Origin: Desulfomicrobium sp.
Lineage (GTDB): Bacteria; Desulfobacterota; Desulfovibrionia; Desulfovibrionales; Desulfomicrobiaceae
Direction of reading: 5' to 3'
Assembly (NCBI GenBank): GCA_040768745.1
Contig: JAXGMI010000001.1
Location: forward strand, 192,001 to 256,000
Length of the DNA stretch: 64,000 nt
Shown: positions 1 to 10,086 of the stretch, one piece after another
Numbering within the stretch: the stretch's first letter is position 1
Layout: each line of letters begins with the position of its first letter
The notes under the pieces: model-generated
Seen by the model: the letters and a program-made list of their open reading frames with translations, nothing else
Database searches by the model: none
Told to the model about the DNA's origin: nothing
Position numbers and translations under genes: made by a program

Positions 1-2979
1 CTGAACTGGATGGGCTACTTCACCCGCGGGCCGGCCCCCGCAAACGCAACGACGGAAGCGCAAACCGCATCGGCGGAGCCGGAAAACGCCACGACGGGAG
101 TCCCCGTCGCCGCGGCCGGGGCCGACAACTCGACGCAAACTCCGGCCAACGCAACCGCACAGGCCGGCAACGCCACGGCAGGCGGACCCGCCGAGGCAGC
201 GGAGCAGCCCGCGCGGACGCTGCTTCTGCAAATCCCTGAAATCCGCCTCACGGAAGGCCGCGTCCTGTTCAGGGACGAGACCCTGCCAACCCCCTTCACC
301 AAGGAGGTGCGGGGTTTGAACCTGACCATCACGGACCTGAGCACGGCAGCCAACGCCACGACCCAGGCCGCCCTCCGGGCCATGACCGCCGATGGAGAGG
401 AACTTGGGATGGACGCGTCCTTCTCGGTTTTCTCGGTCCAGGCCAAGGCCCGCGTCAGTGGCCGCAGCCTTGATATCCCGTCCTACGCGGCCTATTTCAA
501 GGACGCCCTGCCCATGACCCTGACTTCGGCCAAGGTCGACGCCAGCCTCGGCCTGGCCATGGACGGCGCAGACAAGGCACCCCGCCTGGAGAATTCCACC
601 CTCGAAATGCGCGACCTGACCCTGACGGCAGCCGGCGAGGCCGGGGCTGTCCAGATCAAACGCTTGGCCCTGGACGGAATCGGCGTTGACATGGCCGCCC
701 GCGTGATCCGTACCGGTATGTTGAGCTTGGACGGCGCTTCCGTGAGCACGGGGGTGGACACGAACGGCCGGGCGACCATCCTGGATGCTCTGAACACAGC
801 TCCGGCAACAGCCCCTGCGTCCCCGAGCGCAGCCAAACCGACCTCCGTTCCCGATGCCGCAGCCCCGGCTTGGCGCGTCGCCGCGCAAGGGGCAACCCTG
901 AACGGGATCGACCTGCGCGTGACGGGCCAAGCCGCCACAACGCCCGTCCGCCTGGGCTCCCTCAAAGTCGGGCCGGTATCCGTGGACACGGCCCAGACCA
1001 CCGTCGCCGTCGGCCCGGTGGACATGAATCTGGCCGTGGACGTGACCCGGCTCAAGACCGGCGACATCGACCTGGCCGCGCTCTTCGCCCCGGCAACCGA
1101 CGCGCAGAAGACTCCGGCGCCCGCCCCGGCCAAGGCCTCGCAGCCCACCTGGAAGGCCGAAATTGAACAATTCACTCTGTCCGGTGGCCAGGTGGCCTTC
1201 ACCGACCAGACCCTGGACAAACCCGTGCGCCTGGACATCGACCAGATCACCTTCAAGGCCTCGAAGCTCTCCAACGATCTGAACAGGGCCATCCCTCTCG
1301 ACCTGTCCTGCCGGATCGAAGAGACGGGCACGGTCAAGGCCACGGGCGACCTCGTTCCGTCAACGCTGGTGACCAAGGGGGTGCTGAGCCTGGTCAAAAT
1401 CCCCCTGTCCCTGGCCTCGGCTTACGTGGCCGAGGCGGCCGCCGTGGACATCCCGGCCGGACAACTTGGCGGCAAGCTGGAGTGGCGCATGGACGGGAAG
1501 GGCAAAGACCGCATTTCCGGCTCCCTGTTGATCGACGGATTCCGGGTCACGGAAGGCCGCAGCAAGGCCGAGATCTTCGGCTTCAGGAGCCTCGGCGTGC
1601 AGAACCTGGCCCTGAATCTCGCCCCCCTGACCCTGAACATCAGGCAGGTGGACCTGGTCGAGCCCAGGGGCAGCTTCGTCATCGACCCCCAGGGCAAGAC
1701 CACCCTGGACCGCGTCAAGCCTGCGGCCGGCAAGCCGGCCAAGCCGCAGCCCAAGGCCGCGGCCAAAACCGACGACAAGTCCGAGGGGCTCAAGTCCCTG
1801 GAGGTCGACGTCGTGAACCTCAAGCAGGGGCGCTTCTCCTTCGCCGACAAGACCCTCTCGCCCCAGTTCGAGTCCGTGGTGTCACCCGTAAACCTGACCG
1901 TGACGGGTTTTTCCCTCGATCCAGCCCGGAAAACAAATCTGGAACTGAGCGCCATCATTGATGGCTCCGCCCCGATCACGGCCAAGGGCTGGGTCTCGCC
2001 GCTGAAGGACCCGGTGGAGGCCAACAGCACCGTGACCCTTAAGAACCTGGACCTGGTCGCCCTGTCCCCCTACTCCGCAAAGTTCATCGCCTATCCTGTC
2101 ACCCGCGGACAGCTGGACTGGGACATGAATCTGAGCACCGAGGCCAACAACCTGGCCATGGGCAACGCCATCAAGGCCAGGCAACTGGAGCTGGGCGACA
2201 AGGTCGAGTCCCCGGGCGCAGCGGATGTACCGGTGAAGCTTGGACTGTCCCTGCTGCGGGACATGTCCGGCAACATCTCCCTCAATCTGCCGGTCCAGGG
2301 GGACTTGACCGATCCGAAATTCAGCATTGGCGGCATTGTCGTGCAGGCATTCCTGGGTCTCATCGTCAAGGCCATCGCTTCGCCATTCTCCCTCCTGGCC
2401 AGCCTGGTACCGGACGGAGGCGGCCAGGACATGAGCCGGTTGCCTTTCTCACCCGGACTGGCCACTCCTGCCCCCGAGTCCTTCACAGCCATGAAGGGGC
2501 TGGCCGATGTGCTGGGGCAACGCCCGGGGCTGAGCATAGCCGTCATTGGACACGCCGCGCCTGAAGCGGACCGAAAGGCCCTGGAGGACAGGGCCTTCCG
2601 GCGCAAGCTGCAGGTCATCAAGTTCGACGATCTGCCCCGCAAGATTCGGGAAAAGACAGCCATGGAGGAACTGGAAATCACGGACCAGGAATACCCCGAC
2701 CTGCTCTGGGAGGCCTACAAGGACGAACCAGTGCAAAAGGAAAAAAACGCCATCGGCATGCACAAGGAGGTCCCGCGCGAAGTGCAGGAAACCAAGCTGC
2801 GGGAACTGATCAACGTGACCGACGAAGACCTGATCCGCTTGGCTTCCAGCCGGGCCGAGTTTGTCAAGACGCACCTCGTGCAGGAGCTGAAGGTCGATCC
2901 CGGACGGGTCTTCCTGGGCCAAACCGGTCCGGCGTCCTTGTCGGGCACAAGCGAAGTGACCCTGGAGGTCCGGAACTAG
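1..2979 (+). CDS. DUF748 (AsmA-like) repeat envelope protein, 5' end outside window
   Basis: Frame open from base 1. Repeated 'GRVLFRDETL/GQVAFTDQTL/GRFSFADKTL' units, 'ISLNLPVQGDLTDPKFSIGG..KAIASPFSLL' and an OmpA-like C-terminal region are typical of DUF748 proteins. Confidence 0.8.
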   Translation: MNWMGYFTRGPAPANATTEAQTASAEPENATTGVPVAAAGADNSTQTPANATAQAGNATAGGPAEAAEQPARTLLLQIPEIRLTEGRVLFRDETLPTPFTKEVRGLNLTITDLSTAANATTQAALRAMTADGEELGMDASFSVFSVQAKARVSGRSLDIPSYAAYFKDALPMTLTSAKVDASLGLAMDGADKAPRLENSTLEMRDLTLTAAGEAGAVQIKRLALDGIGVDMAARVIRTGMLSLDGASVSTGVDTNGRATILDALNTAPATAPASPSAAKPTSVPDAAAPAWRVAAQGATLNGIDLRVTGQAATTPVRLGSLKVGPVSVDTAQTTVAVGPVDMNLAVDVTRLKTGDIDLAALFAPATDAQKTPAPAPAKASQPTWKAEIEQFTLSGGQVAFTDQTLDKPVRLDIDQITFKASKLSNDLNRAIPLDLSCRIEETGTVKATGDLVPSTLVTKGVLSLVKIPLSLASAYVAEAAAVDIPAGQLGGKLEWRMDGKGKDRISGSLLIDGFRVTEGRSKAEIFGFRSLGVQNLALNLAPLTLNIRQVDLVEPRGSFVIDPQGKTTLDRVKPAAGKPAKPQPKAAAKTDDKSEGLKSLEVDVVNLKQGRFSFADKTLSPQFESVVSPVNLTVTGFSLDPARKTNLELSAIIDGSAPITAKGWVSPLKDPVEANSTVTLKNLDLVALSPYSAKFIAYPVTRGQLDWDMNLSTEANNLAMGNAIKARQLELGDKVESPGAADVPVKLGLSLLRDMSGNISLNLPVQGDLTDPKFSIGGIVVQAFLGLIVKAIASPFSLLASLVPDGGGQDMSRLPFSPGLATPAPESFTAMKGLADVLGQRPGLSIAVIGHAAPEADRKALEDRAFRRKLQVIKFDDLPRKIREKTAMEELEITDQEYPDLLWEAYKDEPVQKEKNAIGMHKEVPREVQETKLRELINVTDEDLIRLASSRAEFVKTHLVQELKVDPGRVFLGQTGPASLSGTSEVTLEVRN

Positions 2980-3144
2980 GGGAATGCCCCGGACTTCCTA
3001 ACCGTTAAAAATTACACATGCCCGGACTGTTCATCAGCAGTGAGGTACGAGGACGAAGAAAATCCAGGGCCGCAGCATATCCGGACAATCACTGGTCTGG
3101 CTTTTCTGCACTAGTGAGACAGATCGCCGTTTTGGGGCGGCCTG

Positions 3145-3516
3145 CTAGGCTTCGAGAATGACCACGGCCACGACGTTTTCGCGGCTGTGGGAGAGGGAGA
3201 GGTGGGCCCGTCGGACGTTCAGTGCCCGGCACCGCTCATGCGCCTTATTGTGGAAGAGGATCGAGGGCTTGCCGAGCTCGTCCGCACGGACCTCGATGTC
3301 CTGGAAGGAGATGCCGCCGCTGAATCCCGTGCCCAGGGCCTTGACCGCGGCCTCCTTGGCCGCGAAGCGCGCGGCCAGGAAGGGCACGGCGTTGCGCGGC
3401 ATGGCCGCGAATTCGGCCGGAACCAGGATGCGGGAACAGAACTTCTCGCCGAACCGTTCAAAGGAACGCGCGATCCTGTCCAGCTCCGTAATGTCGATGC
3501 CCAACCCAACGATCAT
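3145..3516 (-). CDS. acpS: holo-[acyl-carrier-protein] synthase
   Basis: [26 protein letters not shown] and HLSLSH motifs. Confidence 0.95.
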   Translation of the reverse strand: MIVGLGIDITELDRIARSFERFGEKFCSRILVPAEFAAMPRNAVPFLAARFAAKEAAVKALGTGFSGGISFQDIEVRADELGKPSILFHNKAHERCRALNVRRAHLSLSHSRENVVAVVILEA

Positions 3517-3564
3517 GCCTCAAGCCGCCGATGCCTGCCCCGGAGTTCCCGGGGGCGTTCCCTG

Positions 3565-3599
3565 AAAAAAAGCCAGACGGGCCGAACCCGTCTGGCTTT
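3565..3599 (-). terminator. intrinsic terminator downstream of ssb
   Basis: AAAGCCAGACGGG-ccgaa-CCCGTCTGGCTTT hairpin with a T-run on the minus strand. Confidence 0.75.
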
Positions 3600-3626
3600 G
3601 TCATGCCAAGGTTTCGAACCTGCGCC

Positions 3627-4097
3627 CTAGAACGGCGCGTCGTCCATCCCGCTGGCTTCGGACGGGAAGGCCGGACCGAGGTCTTCCTCGTAGCCCCCGC
3701 CACCCTGCTGGGCGGACTGTTGCTTCTGATACTGCGGTGCCGGGGCGAAGCCGCCTTCGGACTGACGGGAATCCAGGCCCACCACACGGTCTGCCTTGAT
3801 CTCGGTCGTGTATTTCTCCACGCCGTCCTTGTCGGTCCACTTTCGGGTTTCAATCTTGCCCTCGATATACACAAGCCGTCCCTTGGCCAGATAGTTGCCA
3901 CAGAATTCCGCCTGCTTGCCCCAGACAACGATGCGGTGCCATTCGGTCTTTTCCACCTTCTGCCCATCCTTGCCCGTGTACGTCTCATCAGTGGCGATGG
4001 AAAAATTGGCCACCGGCTGCCCGGAAGGCGTGTAGCGCATCTCCGGATCACGGCCCAATCGGCCGATCAGAATCGCCTTGTTCAGACTTCCTGCCAT
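3627..4097 (-). CDS. ssb: single-stranded DNA-binding protein
   Basis: LNKAILIGRLGRDPE, TEWHRIVVWG, and acidic C-terminal DDAPF tip. Confidence 0.97.
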   Translation of the reverse strand: MAGSLNKAILIGRLGRDPEMRYTPSGQPVANFSIATDETYTGKDGQKVEKTEWHRIVVWGKQAEFCGNYLAKGRLVYIEGKIETRKWTDKDGVEKYTTEIKADRVVGLDSRQSEGGFAPAPQYQKQQSAQQGGGGYEEDLGPAFPSEASGMDDAPF

Positions 4098-4126
4098 GTC
4101 ATCTCCTCATGTCTCCGCCAGCCCGG

Positions 4127-4477
4127 TCATGGCTTGGGCAGATTGGTGTTCATTTCGGTCAATACATCCTCGATGGCGTCAGTCAGCTCGTTGGCCCGCT
4201 TGGGATTCCAGTCGGCCAGGCTCTGACCCAGATCCGCAACTGCCTCCTTCAGGGCCGGAAGCCGTCCAGACAAAAAGTCCCTCAGATGCTCCCCGACGTT
4301 TCCGAACTGATACAGGTCATCCAGAGCCCTGACAAGTTCGTGCACGCCCTTCATGTCATGGGGAAAACCAGGCGTGTTGTCCTCGAAAGCCAAGGTCCAC
4401 AAACGGGGCCAAGCCTCGCGCACATCATTCTCGGAAAAGGTGTAGGCATACACCCGCACCTGCAGCACCTTGCCCAT
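4127..4477 (-). CDS. hypothetical protein (116 aa)
   Basis: ATG at 4477 overlaps the upstream TGA (TGATG). Starts MGKVLQVRVYAY. Confidence 0.75.
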   Translation of the reverse strand: MGKVLQVRVYAYTFSENDVREAWPRLWTLAFEDNTPGFPHDMKGVHELVRALDDLYQFGNVGEHLRDFLSGRLPALKEAVADLGQSLADWNPKRANELTDAIEDVLTEMNTNLPKP

Positions 4478-5127
4478 CAGTCCCTCTCCTCCCAGTCGCT
4501 CTGCACGCGGCTGATGACTTCCTGGATCTTGCCCAGCTCGCTCTCCGGACACACGCCGATGAGCGGGCTGTTCCTGTCCACGGAATCGTTGGTTTCGAAA
4601 TAGACCGCATAGATGATTCCGGCCGGACCACTGTAGCGGACCGACGTTTCGCGCTTCATACGCGAAAGGATGAACAGTTCCATGCCGTCCTCGACATGCA
4701 CTGTCTGGCTGCCCTTGGTCTTGATCTTGATATCCACGTCCGGAAAGAAATAGTATTTGCCCTTTTCCGGAGCCGGAAAAAGAGACAGGGACCGGCGCAG
4801 GATGCGGTCAATGACCTCTTCCCGGGTCAGAAAATGCCGGATGGTCATCAACTCCTGTCCAGCCTGCACGAACTGACCGCTCTGAATCCCTGCGAAGGAC
4901 ATGATCTCCCCCTTTTGCGGGGCGAAAAGAGGCTTCTTGTTCTGTTCACGCTCCAGCCGGGCCAAAAGGGTGCCCGACGTCTCTTTCCACGTGCCGCTGG
5001 CCCCGGCGACCTTGGTTCCAGGCTCCTGGACCACGAATTCCACCCTGCCGCTGTGTGGAGCCCGGATGACGATCTTCTCGTAGGGCTCCTCGCGCAGCTC
5101 ACGCAGCAATTCCTTCACGTCTATCAC
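4477..5127 (-). CDS. biotin/lipoyl attachment protein (biotin carboxyl carrier-like, two domains)
   Basis: IRAPHSGRV and FAPQKGEI hairpin motifs, 'ILSRMKRE' MK biotinylation motif, located in the acc cluster. Confidence 0.8.
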   Translation of the reverse strand: MIDVKELLRELREEPYEKIVIRAPHSGRVEFVVQEPGTKVAGASGTWKETSGTLLARLEREQNKKPLFAPQKGEIMSFAGIQSGQFVQAGQELMTIRHFLTREEVIDRILRRSLSLFPAPEKGKYYFFPDVDIKIKTKGSQTVHVEDGMELFILSRMKRETSVRYSGPAGIIYAVYFETNDSVDRNSPLIGVCPESELGKIQEVISRVQSDWEERD

Positions 5128-5136
5128 ATGCGACTC

Positions 5137-7377
5137 CTATCGGTAGTAAAGGTTGCGGCCGCCCATGGTCTGCAGGGATTGCACAAGATTGCTTCGGATC
5201 TCGCGGCGGTCCCAGATGCCCTGGATGTGCCCGCGGGACAGGGCCTGGAAGGCATTGTGGTAGTTGGGAGGGATGTCCATGCCCGTGGTCTCCTTGATGA
5301 CGCCGGGACCGGCGAATCCGATATTGGCCGAGCGCACCGCAAACTGGTAGGGGGAACAACCCAGGAAACTGGCCACAGGACCCGCATAGGAGTTCGTGTC
5401 GTAGAGGACCAGATACAGACCCCCGGCCTCTGTGTAGCGCCGCACGGCCATGGTGCATCGGGGCATTTGGATGACGCCGTTCACTCCTTCCTGGATGCGG
5501 ATGCCGGCCGTGCCGTGCACGTAGGACAGGAAAGGCAGCTGCTTCTTGCGCGCCCGCTCCATGGCCCGGATGAATTTCTCGCCCTCGGCAGCGCCGACGC
5601 TGCCTCCCCGGAAAGCCCCCATGAACATGGCCACCATGACCGAGGTGCCTTCGATGCGGGCCTCGAAGGTCATGCACCCGCACTTGTGTCCGGTTTTGCG
5701 CTTGGCCTCGTCCAGCTTCAAATCAAAGCCATCGAACTTCAGAGGATTGACGGACTCAATCTCGGAAAAGACTTCATAGATGGAGCCCGGATCAAAAATA
5801 TTGTGCAGATACCACTGATATTCCATCGGGAAATGATGTCCACAAAAGCTGCAGACCCCTGCCCACTCGCCAAAAAGATCCGGCGCCCATTGATCCAGAC
5901 ATCCATGCACGGGCGCATTGGGACAGGTCACGGACCGGTCCTTTTTGGCCTGGGGACTCACATACTGCCACTTGCCGTTGTTCTGGGCGGCCTCGTCCCA
6001 GGCCGAGAGCGAGGTCAGTCCCGCAGTGTCCACTTCCTTTTTGCCCTTGCCAAAGGAAAGCTTGGACATGAGCCCCTTCCAATACCGGGTGGACCGGCCA
6101 ACTACGACCTGCATTTCGGCGTGCATGTCCTCGGCCAGCTCCGTGACCTTCTTGTGCTGTTTCCCGAAGAGGTCGTACCGGAAGTAGGAATAGAGGGACG
6201 TGACGAACTCGCCGATGGATTCGCTCCCCCGGCTGAACCAGTGCCGTTTGTCCAGGTAGGCGCTTTGGGCCATGCGACGATACTTCATGTACCGCGTCCA
6301 CAGGAGCCGCTCCTTGGCTCGTGCGTTCAGGCTCCAGCGCACATAGACGTCCGCGCCCTTGTGGCGTTTCAAGGCCAGGGAGCGGAACAGGCGCATGCCG
6401 CTGACACCAAGCACGATCTCGTCGGTTGAGGCGATGACGGATTTGCGCAGCTTGCGGAAGAAGTCGTAATGCTCGGGCCTGGCGCCCAACGGGGGCTCGT
6501 TGATCTTCCAGTCCACAAAACCCATGGCCCGATTGTCGTCGGCCGTGATCTTCAGCTGCTCGGCACAGCGCTCGATGAGCCTGGGCTCGGCCCGCTGTCC
6601 GCCGCGCAGACGTCCTTCGATGGCCGCAGCCCCCTCGGGGGATATGACCGAATAGTAGCCGTGGGACATCATGATCCGGGTATCGGCCAATCCGATGGCC
6701 TCTGCCCCTCCGGATCCCCCCTCGGAAATGACGGCCACAATGGGCACCTTCAGTCCGGCCATTTCGTAGAGGTTCTTGGCTATCTGCTGAGCCGCGCCAG
6801 GATAGTCCTCTATCGGGTACGAACCCGGTGTGAAGATATAGGTGTGAATGGGGATGTTCTCTGTTTCAGCGACCTTCATGTAGTGCAGGGCCTTGGCATT
6901 GCCCCATGGTTTGACTGAGCCTCCATTGCGGAATTCCTGCCCATGCCCCTTTTCCTGGCCGATAACCATGACCGCTTGGTGGTGGATCTTCTTCCCCCTC
7001 CGACGGGTGATGTAGGCCCGGGCAATAAGCATGCTCGGATCGATGCTGTAGTCGTCCTGCCCCCCGATCTCGGTGTAGTTGTCATACACATTCTCGAGGA
7101 TGTCCTTCAGACAGATGCGCTGCGGATGGCGAACGATGCGCACCCTGTTCATGGGCGTCAACTCCCGCTCCAGCTTCTTCTCCAGAAAGCGGAACAGCTC
7201 TTCCAGAGTTTCCAGCTGCCGGACTGCCTCCTGCTCGGTCAGGCCCGGCTCCCGGAGGAGGTACTCCCCGAGTTTGGCATCCAGCATGGTCACGTTGGTA
7301 TTTTCATCCGCGCCGAAAATATCCTGAATGTATTTCAGGCGGTCACGGAGTTCTTGTATGCGTTTTTCAATATCCAT
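5137..7377 (-). CDS. accA: acetyl-CoA carboxylase carboxyltransferase, alpha-beta (AccA-AccD) fusion
   Basis: N-half has IGQEKG, GGSGGA and YYSVISPEG (AccA). C-half has a Cys4 zinc finger, GGSVGAAEGEK, GIRIQEG and IGFAGPGVI (AccD). Confidence 0.9.
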   Translation of the reverse strand: MDIEKRIQELRDRLKYIQDIFGADENTNVTMLDAKLGEYLLREPGLTEQEAVRQLETLEELFRFLEKKLERELTPMNRVRIVRHPQRICLKDILENVYDNYTEIGGQDDYSIDPSMLIARAYITRRRGKKIHHQAVMVIGQEKGHGQEFRNGGSVKPWGNAKALHYMKVAETENIPIHTYIFTPGSYPIEDYPGAAQQIAKNLYEMAGLKVPIVAVISEGGSGGAEAIGLADTRIMMSHGYYSVISPEGAAAIEGRLRGGQRAEPRLIERCAEQLKITADDNRAMGFVDWKINEPPLGARPEHYDFFRKLRKSVIASTDEIVLGVSGMRLFRSLALKRHKGADVYVRWSLNARAKERLLWTRYMKYRRMAQSAYLDKRHWFSRGSESIGEFVTSLYSYFRYDLFGKQHKKVTELAEDMHAEMQVVVGRSTRYWKGLMSKLSFGKGKKEVDTAGLTSLSAWDEAAQNNGKWQYVSPQAKKDRSVTCPNAPVHGCLDQWAPDLFGEWAGVCSFCGHHFPMEYQWYLHNIFDPGSIYEVFSEIESVNPLKFDGFDLKLDEAKRKTGHKCGCMTFEARIEGTSVMVAMFMGAFRGGSVGAAEGEKFIRAMERARKKQLPFLSYVHGTAGIRIQEGVNGVIQMPRCTMAVRRYTEAGGLYLVLYDTNSYAGPVASFLGCSPYQFAVRSANIGFAGPGVIKETTGMDIPPNYHNAFQALSRGHIQGIWDRREIRSNLVQSLQTMGGRNLYYR

Positions 7378-7473
7378 GATGTAGGAAATGCCTCGCGGCT
7401 TTGGTTCGTGTTTATTTCAGGGTCGGTCTGAATGTCTGCTCAGTTTTGGATGCCGCCTTTTGATGGCAACAAT

Positions 7474-8904
7474 CTAGAACACCAGGACGGTCTCGGTTTT
7501 GCGCTTCAGGAATTCGATGTTGGACTTGAGGGCTTCCCCGGATGCATTCTCTCCGGCCAGGCTCAACGTGTTCAGGAACTCCACTCCACGGGCCTTGACC
7601 TCGGCCAAGTCCTTCCCCCAGATGATGGCCAGTGCCAGATTTGGATCGAAATCCGTCGGAATCTCGTATTCCCGGTCCGTGGGAACCTGGGTATGCATGG
7701 TCAGCCAGGGCAACTCCGGCCAGCTGAACGAGGTGATGCGGCCCACCCACGGAGCAAATTTGTTGTCCGGATCCTCGGCGATGATACGGTATTCGAGCCC
7801 CACGCCGTTCAGGACAATCTCATTTTGGGAATAACCCAGTGGAGCGCCCAGACCGACTCTGATCTGCTCGGCAATGAGATCCACGCCGCCCTTCCCCTTG
7901 ATGGAGGCAATACGGGCCGAAACCCCGTTCTCGACCTGGATGCGGGTGTTCACCTCCATCAGAAAAGGGTGCCCCGTTGGACTGACGATCCATTCCCAGG
8001 TCCCGACGTTGTCGTAGCCAGCCTCCCTGGCCATACGCAGTGAATATTCCGTGATGTCTTCGAGCACCTTGCGCGCGTCAAAGGCGTAGCGCAGGGAAGT
8101 CGGGTCGAAGCCCGGGGCCACTTCGATGCGTTTCTGCCGCCCCAGAGATTGGACCGAGCAGTTGCGTGTGCCGAAGTGAACCGGATTCTGACCCGTCCGA
8201 TCGGCCAGGATCTGCACTTCCAGATGGTTGAAGTCGAAAATGCGCTGTTCGATCAACACTCCTTCGTCCCTGAACTGGCGTTTGGCGTAATTCTTGATCC
8301 GACGCAGGACCGCGCGAAATTTGTCCATGTCGGACACTTCCTCGATGCCCATACCCCCGCCCCCGGCAGAGGCCTTGACCAGGATGACAGGGTCGTTGAC
8401 GCCCTGCTCCTGCTGGAAATCGAACAAGGATTTGGCGATGGCTTCGGCCTCCAGATCGTCTGTCACCGGTTTGTCCGAACCGGGCACCGTAGGAACGCCG
8501 AGCTTGCGGGCCAGGCGTTTCGTGTTGATCTTGTCGCCCAATTCGCGAATGACCTGCCACGACGGACCAATGAACACGAGCTTGCGTTCGCGCTGGGTCA
8601 CGCGCTTGGCAAAGCGGTAGTCTTCAGCGAAAAAACCGTATCCCGGATGAATGGCCGTGGCTCCGGACTCGTCGGCCACGGCGAATATTTCATTGGCGTC
8701 CAGATAGGAACTGACCCGGAACAGGGACTTTTCTCCGCCCAGCCTGCGGGCCAATACACAGTGCTCACTGTGCTTGTCGGGTTCGGTAAAAAGGGCCACA
8801 AAGGCCAGACCCAGCTTTTGGCAGGCCTGCATGATGCGAATGGCTATCTCACCCCGGTTGGCGATGAGGATCGTGTGCCTATGAACTTCACTCGATTTCT
8901 TCAT
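7474..8904 (-). CDS. accC: biotin carboxylase
   Basis: ILIANRGEIA, IHPGYGF, KASAGGGGMG, RNCSVQ and EVNTRIQVE. Start placed at MKKSSE (8904). Confidence 0.93.
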   Translation of the reverse strand: MKKSSEVHRHTILIANRGEIAIRIMQACQKLGLAFVALFTEPDKHSEHCVLARRLGGEKSLFRVSSYLDANEIFAVADESGATAIHPGYGFFAEDYRFAKRVTQRERKLVFIGPSWQVIRELGDKINTKRLARKLGVPTVPGSDKPVTDDLEAEAIAKSLFDFQQEQGVNDPVILVKASAGGGGMGIEEVSDMDKFRAVLRRIKNYAKRQFRDEGVLIEQRIFDFNHLEVQILADRTGQNPVHFGTRNCSVQSLGRQKRIEVAPGFDPTSLRYAFDARKVLEDITEYSLRMAREAGYDNVGTWEWIVSPTGHPFLMEVNTRIQVENGVSARIASIKGKGGVDLIAEQIRVGLGAPLGYSQNEIVLNGVGLEYRIIAEDPDNKFAPWVGRITSFSWPELPWLTMHTQVPTDREYEIPTDFDPNLALAIIWGKDLAEVKARGVEFLNTLSLAGENASGEALKSNIEFLKRKTETVLVF

Positions 8905-9249
8905 GTTTGGTAGAGTTTCCTCTGGGTAGGTAGGTTGCGTTGGAACAAAAAAACTCATTCGCCCAGGGGCGCCAGGACGCATAAGCTTCATGGCAGGGGG
9001 ACAGGGCTTGCCGCGTGCCGTTTATTCTGTCCGGGCCCCGGAACGGTGCAGGCGAACTTGTCGCAATTACACCTAAAAGTTGCATTACCAAATCGATCTC
9101 ATTTAAGAAGGTGTCCACGGACAGACGGAAGAATCGCCTGCACCCTCCCTTGGCAAGGGCCAGAAGTACACCAGCGGTCTTTCCACTGTCCAGGTTCAAA
9201 GCCCATGTATCCATTCCGGGGTATGCCGCCGCAAACCTCAAGGATCACC

Positions 9250-10086
9250 ATGACTGACATACGCAAACGCATTGAAACAGCGGCCGAGTGGATCGGCGCG
9301 GCCTGCCCTGTCCTGCCCCGCATCGGACTCGTCCTCGGCAGCGGACTGGGCAGCTGGATCACGGACCAGGCCGTTCGGATGCGCATCCCCTATGCAGACA
9401 TACCCGGATTTCCCTTGTCAACGGTCCCGGGCCACTCTGGGACACTCCTTGTGGCTGATATCCGGGATACACCGGTATTGGTTTTTTCCGGCCGTTTTCA
9501 CCTCTATGAAGGCTACGGGGCACAGGAGGTGACTCTCCCCATCCGCTGCCTGGGTCTCCTTGGCACTTCGTGTGTGGTCCTGACCAACGCGGCCGGGGCG
9601 CTGAACCCCCTTTTCGCCACGGGTGGACTCATGGTCATCACAGACCACATCAACATGACCGGGCACAACCCTCTGACCGGCCTCAATGAGGACGCCTGGG
9701 GTCCCAGATTCCCTGACATGTCGCAGGTCTATTGCCCGATCCTGAGGGATATGGCCTTGCATGCGGCGCTGAAGACGGGACAGCGCATGGAGCAGGGCGT
9801 GTACGTGGCCGTGGCCGGTCCAAGCCTGGAGACCCCGGCCGAAACCCGCATGTACAGGATCGCGGGCGCAGACGCCATCGGCATGTCCACAGTACCCGAA
9901 GCCATCGTGGCCCACCACATGGGCATGAAAGTGCTGGGCCTCTCCTGCCTGACAAACAAGAACCTGCCGGACTGCATGGCCCGCACCTCCCAGGACGAGA
10001 TCCTCTCCCAGGCCAGCCAGTCGGCCACGGCCCTGGCCGCCCTTCTCCAGGCCCTCGTTCCTGAAATCCAAGACCATCATGTCTGA
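9250..10086 (+). CDS. punA: purine nucleoside phosphorylase (trimeric PunA/XapA type)
   Basis: LVLGSGLG, STVPGHSG, GRFHLYEG, GPSLETPAE and GMSTVPE. RBS AGGA before ATG 9250. Confidence 0.93.
   Translation: MTDIRKRIETAAEWIGAACPVLPRIGLVLGSGLGSWITDQAVRMRIPYADIPGFPLSTVPGHSGTLLVADIRDTPVLVFSGRFHLYEGYGAQEVTLPIRCLGLLGTSCVVLTNAAGALNPLFATGGLMVITDHINMTGHNPLTGLNEDAWGPRFPDMSQVYCPILRDMALHAALKTGQRMEQGVYVAVAGPSLETPAETRMYRIAGADAIGMSTVPEAIVAHHMGMKVLGLSCLTNKNLPDCMARTSQDEILSQASQSATALAALLQALVPEIQDHHV

Noticed and set aside
2980..3114. 44 open codons with a CPDC motif in frame after the DUF748 TAG (readthrough or small Zn-ribbon ORF)
   Set aside because: Only one Cys pair, no in-frame start without assuming an indel, and no pyrrolysine genes in the window.
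4696..6429. Long antisense ORFs (also 50436-51722, 59697-61136, 61898-63025)
   Set aside because: Shadow frames of GC-rich genes on the opposite strand, with no recognisable motifs.
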